From contig JAGWKL010000007.1 in assembly GCA_028865345.1 (NCBI GenBank), forward strand, positions 6,089-70,088: a DNA stretch of 64,000 nucleotides. Reading direction: 5' to 3'. A model generated the notes under the pieces. That model saw nothing but the letters and a program-made list of their open reading frames with translations, made no database searches and was not told where the DNA came from. This DNA is from Candidatus Omnitrophota bacterium (lineage in GTDB: Bacteria; Omnitrophota; Gorgyraeia; Zapsychrales; Fredricksoniimonadaceae). The position numbers were made by a program, and so were the translations under genes. This document shows, in pieces, positions 1-9,612 of this stretch. How positions within the stretch are numbered: the stretch's first letter is position 1; each line of letters begins with the position of its first letter.

Positions 1-23
1 CTTTTTTATTCCCTGTTCTCATA

Positions 24-2813
24 TCACGACCCTCCGGGGCCGCTTGAGGGCGAAGAGCCGATGCTGTTGCAATCCACAAACTGGATGCAATAATCGCTGT
101 CCCCGGTCCCTGAAGAAGAAGGACAGCTCCTGGATGCCACATACCTGGCGCAGGCACGGCTTTCAACACCCAAAGGAAGCAAAGCCGAGACCGCGGCGGT
201 ACAGTTCGCCTCATTGCCATTGGCGACGGAATCAAGCTGTCCGTCGCCGTTGTCATTAAGCATAAACGCCTGGCCCAGCGCTGTCCGGTCCGTCGACAAA
301 AAGTTTCCATTTTCCCATGCCAGCCCCTGCGCTGTCTGGGGCGTGAGGCCGAATCCTATGGGCGTCGCAACCCCGTACGGCGCGTAGGCCGTAGTGGCGC
401 ACGCGCTGAAAAGATCGGAGTTTTGGTTGGTGTTGGGGTTGTTGCCGACGGCATTGGGATTGCTGAACATGAATTGCCACAAGGAACGCCCGTTGGGAAA
501 TTTAATGGAACTGCCGTGGGGCTGGTCCCAGCGCTGGACTTCAACATACACATACCCGTCACGTTGGGTGAGCTCAAAATTTTGGGTGAACCCCCAGTCA
601 GAGGTGTACGACCGGATCCACGGCAACCTGTCCTGAAATGCGCCATAGCCTTGACTGCGTCCCGGCGCATAGGCCTGGACCTTGACAAGGTGCGCGCAGC
701 CCACAGGCACCGAGTTTCCGTTACTGTCCGTGGTAGTGCACGCCGGCTGGCCGGTGGTTGACGGTTTGTCTCTCCAGCCATAAACGACCCAATTGGGCAA
801 TGCGCCGGGGGAATTTGTACTGCTCGTGCCATTCGCACGTTCGTACATGATCTGAGAGGCAGGTCCGCCATCGGCACATGCATTCCCGCTGCAAGGCTTG
901 AAGAAATTATGAAGGGCATTGTCCGCCTGGGCGGTGATGCGCTCAAGGGCCACGGCCCTGGTATAAGCGTCATTCAAATAAGCATACCTCAAAGCGAATT
1001 TCGGGGCCTCATCGGTAAACAGGGTAATATTGTCCTGCGTCCATTGGGCGAAGCTCCCCGAAGAGTTGGGGTCGCAGGATGCCGGGGCGGTGGTATACGC
1101 GGGCGGAGTGCCGCATGCCGCGTTGCTTTCAGAAGGGCATACGCAATTCCCGTTGCTGTTGCTGGGGGAACCTTTATAACACGCCAGCAGGGAGCGTCCC
1201 AGGACCGACGAAGAACACTCGCTTGGCAATGGCAGGCTCCTGGAACACGTCGAACTGCCGCATGCAACTCCACTGGCGCATTTATTTGACCCGCCGCTGC
1301 CGCAGACACTGCCGTCCGCACATCCCCCGGTCACCACATTCAGGCAGGTTTGATAATTGTAAATGGGACCGTACTTGTATTGGCCGGCCGCCCAGTCAGC
1401 ATAACTCTGCGTACAGGGAGTGCCGTCATTGCATTTATCGGCGCCTCCGCTGCCGCAGGCGCTGCCGTCTGGGCACACATTACATCTGTTGGGATCGCTG
1501 TCAAATGCAGGCGGCGATATAACGGAAGTCCCTAACACGTCAGGCTGGCACTGGTCCGGCAGGTTTGTCACGCAGCTTTTATTGACTGTCAGGGAACTCA
1601 GGCAGGCGGAATAATTGTTGGCAACCCCCGTTGCTGTTGTTATAGCCCCCGGACCCGCATTATATTGCAGGCAGGCCAGGACATGGGGCAGGTCTCCCCA
1701 ATTTCCTGTGGGGGCATTTTGGTTGATATAATATTCTTCCGTAGTGCCTGTTAAATCGGACTCTGCAGGAAGGCACCAGACAGCATTCTCAGAAAACCAG
1801 TTCTGTAAGCTGGAGGAATACTTATGGCTTACTGAACCTGCGGGTGCATAGCTGTTGGAATTAAGCCAATTTGTAATCACCGTGTTCCAGTCCTTGAGTT
1901 TATCCACCGGCGGACTGACGTAGGGATTGTAAATGCTCAACAGGCGTCCCGGGGAATTTAACTTACAGGAGTCTTTATTGCACGTACAGTCGCCTGTGCC
2001 GTTGGGACCGCTGCACACGGTGTCTCCGGCCGGGCAGCCTCCCGTGCATTGGGGGGCGATCCAGTCGGCGATCTGGTCATATTCACTGTCAAAGGTGGAA
2101 TTGGTGACATCCAGGGTTTTGGACAAAAACGCCTGGGCAAATTTATCGAAGTCCGAAAAAGTATGCAGGACACTGTTCAGGCTGGAAACGGTGCTTTGGG
2201 CAGAGGGCGGATTGGGCGGCGCCGGCGGCGGAAATGCACAGCCGGAACCGCTGCATGTGTTGTCAAACCACTCACACTCACCGTCGGGGTAGGACGATGT
2301 GCTTTCATTATACGGCCATGTCGTTGAACACATCTGGTTGTCGCCCGCTACCCAATAGTCGCCCGGACCGCTGCCCAGAGAACCGATCTGTCCATAGTAT
2401 GAAAATGTTCCGTCCAGCGCGGGATTGGAGGCATACGGGGCAGGGGGGGTGTAAAACGCCGGGTCCCCCACTTTATCGATGACGCCGTTGAATGTCGTTG
2501 ACGATGAACCCGCGCCGGCGCCGAGGTCAGCGGTTATGCTATAGGTCCCATTGGGAGCGTTTGTCCAGTCATAGGTGAAGGTATTGGTGGGGGCGCTGCT
2601 GCTGACCGAGGCCAAAACATTCCCATTATCATAGAATGTCACTTCACTGACATTGCTGTAGGTTGCGGCTGTGAGCGTGATTGTGGCCCCTGACGGATAA
2701 TTGATATAATCGCTTGACACGCAGACCGGCGTTGACGACGATGGCGTACAAGCCGCCTGCACCGGTGCCTGGGCTGAGAAAAACAAGGCCATAATCAAAA
2801 ACCAATATCGCAT
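24..2813 (-). CDS. Secreted cysteine-rich repeat protein (~929 aa), putative pilus-associated adhesin
   Basis: Track ORF 24..2984; likely true start at MRYWFLIMALFFSAQAPVQA (signal-peptide-like) 57 codons in, preceded by AAAGGAATGGGAAAT RBS-like sequence. Ser/Thr/Asn/Gly-rich with repeated C-x-DGS-x-CGSGG-x-KC-x-G-x-x-C modules. Last gene of the Tad-like locus. Confidence 0.5.
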   Translation of the reverse strand: MRYWFLIMALFFSAQAPVQAACTPSSSTPVCVSSDYINYPSGATITLTAATYSNVSEVTFYDNGNVLASVSSSAPTNTFTYDWTNAPNGTYSITADLGAGAGSSSTTFNGVIDKVGDPAFYTPPAPYASNPALDGTFSYYGQIGSLGSGPGDYWVAGDNQMCSTTWPYNESTSSYPDGECEWFDNTCSGSGCAFPPPAPPNPPSAQSTVSSLNSVLHTFSDFDKFAQAFLSKTLDVTNSTFDSEYDQIADWIAPQCTGGCPAGDTVCSGPNGTGDCTCNKDSCKLNSPGRLLSIYNPYVSPPVDKLKDWNTVITNWLNSNSYAPAGSVSHKYSSSLQNWFSENAVWCLPAESDLTGTTEEYYINQNAPTGNWGDLPHVLACLQYNAGPGAITTATGVANNYSACLSSLTVNKSCVTNLPDQCQPDVLGTSVISPPAFDSDPNRCNVCPDGSACGSGGADKCNDGTPCTQSYADWAAGQYKYGPIYNYQTCLNVVTGGCADGSVCGSGGSNKCASGVACGSSTCSRSLPLPSECSSSVLGRSLLACYKGSPSNSNGNCVCPSESNAACGTPPAYTTAPASCDPNSSGSFAQWTQDNITLFTDEAPKFALRYAYLNDAYTRAVALERITAQADNALHNFFKPCSGNACADGGPASQIMYERANGTSSTNSPGALPNWVVYGWRDKPSTTGQPACTTTDSNGNSVPVGCAHLVKVQAYAPGRSQGYGAFQDRLPWIRSYTSDWGFTQNFELTQRDGYVYVEVQRWDQPHGSSIKFPNGRSLWQFMFSNPNAVGNNPNTNQNSDLFSACATTAYAPYGVATPIGFGLTPQTAQGLAWENGNFLSTDRTALGQAFMLNDNGDGQLDSVANGNEANCTAAVSALLPLGVESRACARYVASRSCPSSSGTGDSDYCIQFVDCNSIGSSPSSGPGGS

Positions 2814-2833
2814 ATTTCCCATTCCTTTTGCCG

Positions 2834-5575
2834 CTAACTGCAAACTCCTGTGCCGAGGTTGCATGATTGTGTCGAAGTGCAACAATTGGTACTGGCGCCG
2901 CACTGGGTGGTGCCGCTGGGACACCCGCATGAGCCGCTCTGACATATTTCTTGACCCTGGCATACATGTCCGCAAGTGCCGCAATTGTTGTTATCATTCA
3001 ATGTTCCGCTGGCACAGGCACAGGCGTTGCTCTGGCATGTTTCTCCGTTTTGGCACACCTTTCCACAAGTACCGCAATTGTTGTTGTCGCCTAAATTGCC
3101 GCCGGCACATTTACATTCGCCTGTTTGGCTCCCGCTTGCCTGAGTGCCTGTAATCGTCCAGCTGGTGCCGTTAAAGGTTGTCTCGTAGCATGTTTGGCCA
3201 TTCGTGCACGCACCCGTGCCGCAGGTGACTCCGCAGGCGTCTTTGCCGCAATTGTCAATTGCAGCACAATAGGAATAATTGTTAACGATCATGGTGGTGG
3301 CATATGCGGTATATCCGCAACTATGGTCAGTCGGATTGGTGGCGCAATAGTTGGTTACAGCACCGGTTGCGCCGCCGGTATCATAAGATTGTACCTCCGA
3401 AAGAGGGGCATCGGTCGCTACAGCCGTCACGTTATAATTCCCCGCCATCGTCACTGTACAAAGCCCGGTCGTTTTGTTGGTCACACTCGTAGGGATTGCA
3501 AATTGGCCGGGATTGGTGTTGATTTGCACAATCGGAGCCGGAAACGCCGGGTTCGGCGTGAACAGGGTGTCGTCTAATGTGCTGGTGCTTCCCGTTGGAT
3601 CGGTCATATTAATATCAACCCCGGTAATGGTGCCGGGGCTGGGTTCAGAGGCTGTGGCGAGCATGCTGATTGAGGAAGAAGGTCCCGCTGTATAGATGTT
3701 CCCGCTGAAGGGCGAATTGATCACCATGGAAATGTTGGGTCCAACGACAATGGTCAGCGTGTTCGATGAAGAGCCGCTGCCGCCGGCAAGGCTGTCGGTC
3801 AGATAATTGACACAGCAATCCTCTCCCGAGCAGGAATAGGGCAGGGTCAATTGGTTTAAATCCGGAAAATCCGCGGACGAAGGAGAGTTGACTGCGGGGA
3901 CTGTGCCTCCGGAATACGTGCCTGCGACACACCAATGGTACCAGGGCTCCGGCGTCAATGTAAAATTGTTGCTTTGGGTGGTATTGATACTGTCCACCGC
4001 CGGACTGAAAAAATTCGGAGTTTTATACGCGTTTGGACTTGCCAACGGATCCGGGAATGCCGGATTGGTGTCCATCAGCCAGAAGAAGGGATAGACCCCA
4101 TTAGGGAACGCCGGTGAGGTCCCTTCGACCGTCATTCCACCCAGGGGCACTGTGGTCGGCGTTGATTGCATCAATTGCTGGTCGCGGCCGTATTGGTCCA
4201 GGAATGACAGCCCCCTGCTGTATTGTTGAAAGCCCGAATCGTAAATAAAGGGATAGGAAGAACCGTAAGGATTGTTCGATGTGCATTGCGCCGGCGCTGC
4301 CTGACCCGCATTATCCGGGTCCCCGACCAGGGCCGAACAATCCGTATTGATGTACGCGTTGGGGTTGGTGGCGCAAACATCCGGAAGGGTCCCTCCTGCG
4401 CTCACATAGGGAAGGCAGGAAGAGGGCCGCAAAGGCTTGTATGTCGTCTTTCCGTTGTCGGTGACGGCCACAGCCACCGGCTGGCAGCATGGATTGCAGT
4501 AAGGATTGCTTGTGTCCGTGCAGGAATCATTTAACTGAAAACTAAAGTCATTGTTCACCATCACCCTGCAAGAAGGTGCCGACAAGGAAGCTGAATAAGT
4601 GGTATACGCAGCGTTGCAGGAATTGCAAAGCGGATCCAACGCGACAGGCTGACCGGTATTGGGATCGGTGAGGTTACTATGCTCGTATACGTTCTGGGCG
4701 CATGTCACCTGCGCCGGTATAGGCCCTGTACAGGCAGGGTCTGCGGAATCCACGGCACAATAATCGATGCCCGCATTCGGATTGAAGCAGCTCGGGTTAA
4801 GAGGGACCCCTGTCTGGCTTGTTTTGCCATCCACGCTTCCACTGTCCGTATAATTTTGCTGGCAGGTCTGGCCGTTGATGAATTCACTCAATTGATTATA
4901 GAAAAAAACCAACTGTGGAATAAAGCCGACGTTTTTGTTCAGCATTTTCAAACGCTCGGTATAAAAAAACCCGAACCGCGAGATGGTGTCGTTGGCCCTG
5001 CCGCTGGTGACCCCGAATTTTCCATTGGCATTTTCATCGAAATAATCCGTAATATTGACCTGGTCCGTGGTCGCGCCCTGCAAAGCCGGCCCCACGGCCC
5101 CTTCATAAAACTGCTGTGTGATCGGCTGGCTTTTCTGCAACTTGTTCCATAGTTCGCACATCCCGGGCTGGATCACAGTCAACTGAAGCACCAGGGTCAC
5201 AATAGACATGACAAGGGCCAGGGTCAGGCAGGCCCCCAGAAATGTGGTCACCAGCGGAGTCGCCGATCCCCAGGAAACGATCTCTATGACTATGATGATA
5301 ATAATGACTATCACCATGATCAAATCCATCAATAAGCCGCTCATTCCCGATATCTTGTTGGTGTCCTGCAAATTCGTCTGCTTCTGCATTTCACCATAAC
5401 TGGCCACATCCGACGCAAGCAGGGATGCGGCCTGGTCGGCGTCCACGGTCAACAGGCTTTTCATCTGGGCGATGCGCCCCCAGTTGTAGGTGATGGCCAG
5501 GAAAATCAGCGCCATCGCCGATAATAAAACCAGGATGAGCGCTGTCTGTCCTTTTTTATCCGTTGTGTTCATCAT
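2834..5575 (-). CDS. Tad-domain (TadG-like) giant protein, 913 aa, with cysteine-rich C-terminal modules
   Basis: N-terminus KKGQTALILVLLSAMALIFLAITYNWGRI matches the Tad/TadG N-terminal TM-anchor pattern. Long Asn/Thr/Ser/Cys-rich extracellular region. C-terminus has duplicated NNNCGTCGxVCQxGExCQS Cys modules. Confidence 0.5.
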   Translation of the reverse strand: MMNTTDKKGQTALILVLLSAMALIFLAITYNWGRIAQMKSLLTVDADQAASLLASDVASYGEMQKQTNLQDTNKISGMSGLLMDLIMVIVIIIIIVIEIVSWGSATPLVTTFLGACLTLALVMSIVTLVLQLTVIQPGMCELWNKLQKSQPITQQFYEGAVGPALQGATTDQVNITDYFDENANGKFGVTSGRANDTISRFGFFYTERLKMLNKNVGFIPQLVFFYNQLSEFINGQTCQQNYTDSGSVDGKTSQTGVPLNPSCFNPNAGIDYCAVDSADPACTGPIPAQVTCAQNVYEHSNLTDPNTGQPVALDPLCNSCNAAYTTYSASLSAPSCRVMVNNDFSFQLNDSCTDTSNPYCNPCCQPVAVAVTDNGKTTYKPLRPSSCLPYVSAGGTLPDVCATNPNAYINTDCSALVGDPDNAGQAAPAQCTSNNPYGSSYPFIYDSGFQQYSRGLSFLDQYGRDQQLMQSTPTTVPLGGMTVEGTSPAFPNGVYPFFWLMDTNPAFPDPLASPNAYKTPNFFSPAVDSINTTQSNNFTLTPEPWYHWCVAGTYSGGTVPAVNSPSSADFPDLNQLTLPYSCSGEDCCVNYLTDSLAGGSGSSSNTLTIVVGPNISMVINSPFSGNIYTAGPSSSISMLATASEPSPGTITGVDINMTDPTGSTSTLDDTLFTPNPAFPAPIVQINTNPGQFAIPTSVTNKTTGLCTVTMAGNYNVTAVATDAPLSEVQSYDTGGATGAVTNYCATNPTDHSCGYTAYATTMIVNNYSYCAAIDNCGKDACGVTCGTGACTNGQTCYETTFNGTSWTITGTQASGSQTGECKCAGGNLGDNNNCGTCGKVCQNGETCQSNACACASGTLNDNNNCGTCGHVCQGQEICQSGSCGCPSGTTQCGASTNCCTSTQSCNLGTGVCS

Positions 5576-5835
5576 TGGCTCGAGTTCCCGTTAGTAATGC
5601 TTCCGTGATAAACCGCGGACATCGGCAAAAAATAATAATCGTCTTGAGAGTTCAACTCATTCGACGGATCCAGGCTTTTGGTCAGTGATATGTCCTGGGC
5701 CACGCGCCGGTTGGCCAGATCCAGCCCCGCCCAGCGGAAAACCATCACCAGGCCGTAAACTATGAACATGATCACCACCACCGCGAAGGTGAATTCAATG
5801 GTCGACTGAGCTTTGGTGTCCCGTACGTTCATCAA
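5572..5835 (-). CDS. TadE-like pseudopilin (87 aa)
   Basis: N-terminus TKAQSTIEFTFAVVVIMFIVYGLV is a TadE/TadF-like prepilin-like hydrophobic segment with conserved E. 4-nt overlaps with both neighbours. Confidence 0.5.
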   Translation of the reverse strand: MMNVRDTKAQSTIEFTFAVVVIMFIVYGLVMVFRWAGLDLANRRVAQDISLTKSLDPSNELNSQDDYYFLPMSAVYHGSITNGNSSQ

Positions 5836-7817
5836 TTCCCTACCTTGTACCGCCCTGATGTGTTTGTCGCCCAGAAATGCCCGCGCAAGTCTTCGATGCG
5901 GCTGCGGACAAAAATCTTGTTCTGGGAAAGATCATAACATGTCGAGGCAATGTTGGTCTGAGAACTAAAACAGTTGTTGGTTATTCCGTCGACACAAACT
6001 TCCACAGGGTTGGGGGTTTTTCCGTCATTGCCCACCGTGGCAAGCGGCGTCGTTCCGTTGCAAAACCGCCCGGTATTATTGCTCAGCTGGATGACCCGCT
6101 GTATCAGGTCGATCGAGTCCTTTTTGTTTTGGCTGCGCACAAACTGGTCGGTTTCAGGGTTATACATTTTCCCATCCTGGATCAACAAATACGTCCCCCC
6201 GCGGTTATCGGTGGCATTGGAGCTGTTCTTGGTAAAGGTAAACACCTGGGCGTTGGCCTGCAAACCGGGCTGCGGACCGCAGGAATTGGCGTCCCAAGCC
6301 CCGTCAATGTCTCCACCATCCGGATCTTCATAAGAAACCACCGGATAGCCGTTTGAGTCCGTGGAAAGATTATAAATGGTGACTTCCTTCAGCCTTCCGT
6401 CTATATCATAGGTCGGATAAACATGGTTGGAACTGCTTAGCCCGATCTCTGCCGCCGAGGTCCCTGCCGTGGCAGCCCATTGCCAGGCAACGTAGGCGCG
6501 CATGCAACTGCCGGGAGGATTGCATCCCGGATTGGGGAATTGATTTATCACGCCCGCCACCGATGTCGATGTTGCTCCATTGCTCCCATAGACCCCCATG
6601 CGCAAAAGATCATACTGCATGACCCCATTGATATTGGTGGATGCTCCAAGGCCGTCGGTGGTGGGATTGCCCCAATAATCAAGCAAAGGCATGTCCGTGG
6701 ACAGTTCTTTATTCATACAAGCTGAAGTGCCGTGCGCAGTACAAGTGGGGGCCGAAGTGCTGAAGGTCAAATTCGAAGAATTGGCCGACCCTCCCGCCCC
6801 GCCGGGATTGGCCACCAGGGTATAAAACAATTTGTATTGCCTGCTGCCCTGCTCGATAATGCCCTCGATCGCCGCTAAATATCCCACAGCCTGTTGCGCA
6901 GTGAGGTGAAATACATTTTCATAAAGCCCTTCAAACGTCGTCCACGGCGTTTGATTCCATGATGCGTTGACCGTCGCTTGAGAGGTAGCTTCATCGCACT
7001 TGCTGGTTGTCGTAGGTGAAATGACATGGGCATTGGCCAGTTCCGTGAAAATAGTACAGGCATTGTTGGCCTCTTGCAGCTCTCTTCCTGCCGTGGTGGT
7101 CGCGGTTATCGGCGCTACCGGAGGATCGTTGGTAACAAGCGCGCTTTCCTTAAGAATGCTCTGGCCTCCCCACTCCCTTTGATTGCGGCAGGTCTGGTTC
7201 ATTTTGCACTGGGCCTCGGCTTTTTGCTGGCAGTCCTGCGGATTTCCGCCGGCCGTCAGGCAATCTTCCTGCTCCTGAGCGGAAGATATCGGCTGGCTGT
7301 TTTTATCGCACATAGCGGTACCGCCCTGGCCCGGCGGATAAATGGTTTTCCCGGCAACATAAGAAGCCATGGTAAACGGGAAATGCTGCCCGTCGATATA
7401 CACATCCATGATGGGCAAACTATTGTCGATATCGGAGGGACTATTGTTATCGATGGGATAAAGAAGGTTATAGGAAAAGGTTCCCGAACCGGAGACCATG
7501 AATGGTGTGCGGTCCAAAGCCCCGTATTTGCCGAAACCGGGAACAAGTCTGTCTTCTACAAAAAGCACCGAGGCGCTGTTATGCGCGGTGACCTGCGGGC
7601 TCATGCCGGGATTGGCCTTGGAATCGTTCCACGAAGCCAGCATGGCCATGCGCATGGCCTTAAAACTGATGTCCTGCTGATAGCCGTTGCTCACAGCAGT
7701 GCGGATGATCGTCCCCAAAATAAAAATGAGGATGGCCCCGAACACGGCAAGCTCGGTGACGGCCTGTCCCGCCGCGGGTGCGGGGCCAGACGCTTTTTGA
7801 AGGTCTCGCTTGGACAT
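5832..7817 (-). CDS. TadG/TadE-like large pseudopilin (~662 aa)
   Basis: Track ORF 5832..7886. Start taken at MSKRDLQ (ATG at 7815-7817, ATGA overlap with the stop of the upstream pilin gene, AGGTAGGG RBS). N-terminus AGQAVTELAVFGAILIFILG is a TadE-like motif. Confidence 0.5.
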   Translation of the reverse strand: MSKRDLQKASGPAPAAGQAVTELAVFGAILIFILGTIIRTAVSNGYQQDISFKAMRMAMLASWNDSKANPGMSPQVTAHNSASVLFVEDRLVPGFGKYGALDRTPFMVSGSGTFSYNLLYPIDNNSPSDIDNSLPIMDVYIDGQHFPFTMASYVAGKTIYPPGQGGTAMCDKNSQPISSAQEQEDCLTAGGNPQDCQQKAEAQCKMNQTCRNQREWGGQSILKESALVTNDPPVAPITATTTAGRELQEANNACTIFTELANAHVISPTTTSKCDEATSQATVNASWNQTPWTTFEGLYENVFHLTAQQAVGYLAAIEGIIEQGSRQYKLFYTLVANPGGAGGSANSSNLTFSTSAPTCTAHGTSACMNKELSTDMPLLDYWGNPTTDGLGASTNINGVMQYDLLRMGVYGSNGATSTSVAGVINQFPNPGCNPPGSCMRAYVAWQWAATAGTSAAEIGLSSSNHVYPTYDIDGRLKEVTIYNLSTDSNGYPVVSYEDPDGGDIDGAWDANSCGPQPGLQANAQVFTFTKNSSNATDNRGGTYLLIQDGKMYNPETDQFVRSQNKKDSIDLIQRVIQLSNNTGRFCNGTTPLATVGNDGKTPNPVEVCVDGITNNCFSSQTNIASTCYDLSQNKIFVRSRIEDLRGHFWATNTSGRYKVGN

Positions 7818-8134
7818 CAGTTCCCTACCTGTGTAGTGCCCGACTTCGTTTCCAAAGTATTCGACGTATCGATCCGGCTTGTCCATTCGCCGTAGGCGCT
7901 GTTATAGCTGCCCGGAGCGACCTGGACAATGGACGTCGCATTGGACTGTGTCGCGTACAGTATATTGGAATTGACCCATTGAGGGTCATACTGGCCGCCT
8001 ATCTCATCTGACGATGATTTCCAGCGGCCCTGAATGCCCCTTTTGACATAGTCCTTCATGGCCACCAGCACTCCGAGGATGATGATCATGATCACCGTGT
8101 ATTCCAGAATTGTCTGTCCTCGTATGTTTCGCAT
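7817..8134 (-). CDS. flp: Flp-type pilin paralog 8 (105 aa)
   Basis: MRNIRG|QTILEYTVIMIIILGVLVAM: Flp prepilin motif G/XXXXEY followed by a hydrophobic helix. Confidence 0.65.
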   Translation of the reverse strand: MRNIRGQTILEYTVIMIIILGVLVAMKDYVKRGIQGRWKSSSDEIGGQYDPQWVNSNILYATQSNATSIVQVAPGSYNSAYGEWTSRIDTSNTLETKSGTTQVGN

Positions 8135-8149
8135 AGGCCTTGGTCCTTA

Positions 8150-8506
8150 TTATTGTGGTGAAAACCCTCCGTTGGTAATGGTGTTGGTCATTGTCACAGA
8201 AGCCTCACTATAACCCGTCGTCGCCATGAAATGAGTGACGCCGCTGCCATTAATATACCCCGTTTCCGCGTTCCAATCGCCGGTGGTGGCGCCCATCTGC
8301 GTATTCGATGCCAGCATAAATCCTGTCTGGGGATTGGTAAAATCCTGGTCGGCGTTCTGCTGACTGCCCACCTGGTCCGCCGTCACCTTGACCAGGCTCT
8401 GCACCCCGCGCTTGATGCCCGTGCCCATATAATAGAGCGCCACCATCACCAGGCTGACGAGGATGGCGTATTCTACTATTGTCTGTGCATTGCGGGTAAA
8501 AACCAT
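8150..8506 (-). CDS. flp: Flp-type pilin paralog 7 (118 aa), Ala at -1
   Basis: MVFTRNA|QTIVEYAILVSLVMVALYY: Flp motif with Ala instead of Gly at -1. Confidence 0.6.
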   Translation of the reverse strand: MVFTRNAQTIVEYAILVSLVMVALYYMGTGIKRGVQSLVKVTADQVGSQQNADQDFTNPQTGFMLASNTQMGATTGDWNAETGYINGSGVTHFMATTGYSEASVTMTNTITNGGFSPQ

Positions 8507-8515
8507 TCAGTCCTT

Positions 8516-8935
8516 TCATGTCGCACAACCGGTCCCGTCACTGCAACACGGCGGCGGATTGGAACTGCTGCATACCGGAGGTAATTGGTGGCTGATGGAG
8601 GATATGTTGCTTGTGTCATTCACGGAACTGATATAGACCGCTCCCAGTTCCCCTGCGCTGCCGTTTGTTATTCCTTGATGATTGTCTGAATTCCGTTGCA
8701 CATCCGAGAAGGTCTGCATGTAATACGGTTCATATCCCCAGGAAACCCCGTTGGAAGCGGCCTGGCAATTGACATCGCAGGCATTGGCCGCCATCTCGAT
8801 CGCAAAGTTCCTGGCATCATGGATCCGCGCCTCAAAGGCCCTCCTCACCAGCACGGTCATAGCTGTCAGGGCCGCAACCACTATGAAGAAAACCATGACA
8901 TGCTCTGCCAAAATCGCTTGACCTTTGTCATTCAT
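8516..8935 (-). CDS. flp: Flp-type pilin paralog 6 (~139 aa) with Cys-rich C-terminus
   Basis: Track ORF 8516..8962 begins at a TTG. Better start is ATG at 8935 (MNDKG|QAILAEH) with AAGGTGAGG RBS. Motif has H instead of Y. C-terminus PPVCSSSNPPPCCSDGTGCAT. Shares ARIHDA and YEPYYMQ motifs with the pilin at 9613..9981. Confidence 0.55.
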   Translation of the reverse strand: MNDKGQAILAEHVMVFFIVVAALTAMTVLVRRAFEARIHDARNFAIEMAANACDVNCQAASNGVSWGYEPYYMQTFSDVQRNSDNHQGITNGSAGELGAVYISSVNDTSNISSISHQLPPVCSSSNPPPCCSDGTGCAT

Positions 8936-8968
8936 GCCCCGCCTCACCTTCTCCAAAGACAAACGGCC

Positions 8969-9166
8969 TCACATCCCATTCGCCGCATTTTCCTGCAAGT
9001 AGGTGGCTGCGTTGAGCATCCCTTGGGTCGTCTGGTTGAACACGCTGTTCAAGCTGCTTTGAAAAGAACCTGTCCCCTTGCCTGTCGTGAACAGAACGAC
9101 CACCACGATCACGGCCGTGACCAGCAGGATGTATTCCACCAGGCTCTGACCTTTACGTGCGCGCAT
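8969..9166 (-). CDS. flp: Flp-type pilin paralog 5 (65 aa)
   Basis: MRARKG|QSLVEYILLVTAVIVVVVLF, canonical Flp motif; AGAGGA RBS. Confidence 0.7.
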   Translation of the reverse strand: MRARKGQSLVEYILLVTAVIVVVVLFTTGKGTGSFQSSLNSVFNQTTQGMLNAATYLQENAANGM

Positions 9167-9197
9167 GCGTTTGTCCTCTATTGACGGCCTATATCAA

Positions 9198-9223
9198 CGA
9201 GGGGGGAAGAAAATCCCCCCCTC
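9198..9223 (-). promoter_or_regulatory. Intra-operon GC hairpin between flp4 and flp5
   Basis: Perfect inverted repeat CGAGGGGGG-AAGAAAAT-CCCCCCTCG (9-bp G/C stem) in the 70-nt gap between the pilin genes at 9236..9574 and 8969..9166. Confidence 0.4.
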
Positions 9224-9235
9224 GTTTGGACTCTG

Positions 9236-9574
9236 TTAGGCGGCGGTGTTCCCTCCCCAGAATTCCTGCTGGGTGTTAAGGATGACCGAGTTCTCCGTCG
9301 TGTTGGTCGATTCACCCGACCCCAAGATGGAAGTCGAGGAATTTCCTGCGTTGAACACTTCTTCTGTATCGCTGGAAGTGTTGACGATCTTGATCACGTT
9401 GGTATTGCCGTCAGAATACTGGTCGCCGATATCGTCGGCGGCGCTCTTCAGGCGCCCCTGCACGCCGCGTTTGATATAGACCTGAAGGGTCAGCAAAGCG
9501 CCGACCACAACGACGATCATTACCGAGTATTCCAGGAAACTTTGACCGCGTTTTTGGTTAAGATATTGCAACAT
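9236..9574 (-). CDS. flp: Flp-type pilin paralog 4 (112 aa)
   Basis: MLQYLNQKRG|QSFLEYSVMIVVVVGALL; GGAGG RBS upstream. Confidence 0.7.
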   Translation of the reverse strand: MLQYLNQKRGQSFLEYSVMIVVVVGALLTLQVYIKRGVQGRLKSAADDIGDQYSDGNTNVIKIVNTSSDTEEVFNAGNSSTSILGSGESTNTTENSVILNTQQEFWGGNTAA

Positions 9575-9612
9575 AGGATTCCTCCTTAAAGATATATCGT
9601 TGAAGTCTTAGG

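Noticed and set aside
356-1614. Cluster of 60-205-aa ORFs on both strands inside the 929-aa Cys-rich gene
   Set aside because: Overlap the long minus-strand ORF, which has a signal peptide and internally repeated Cys modules. Alternative frames give Arg/Pro-rich nonsense.
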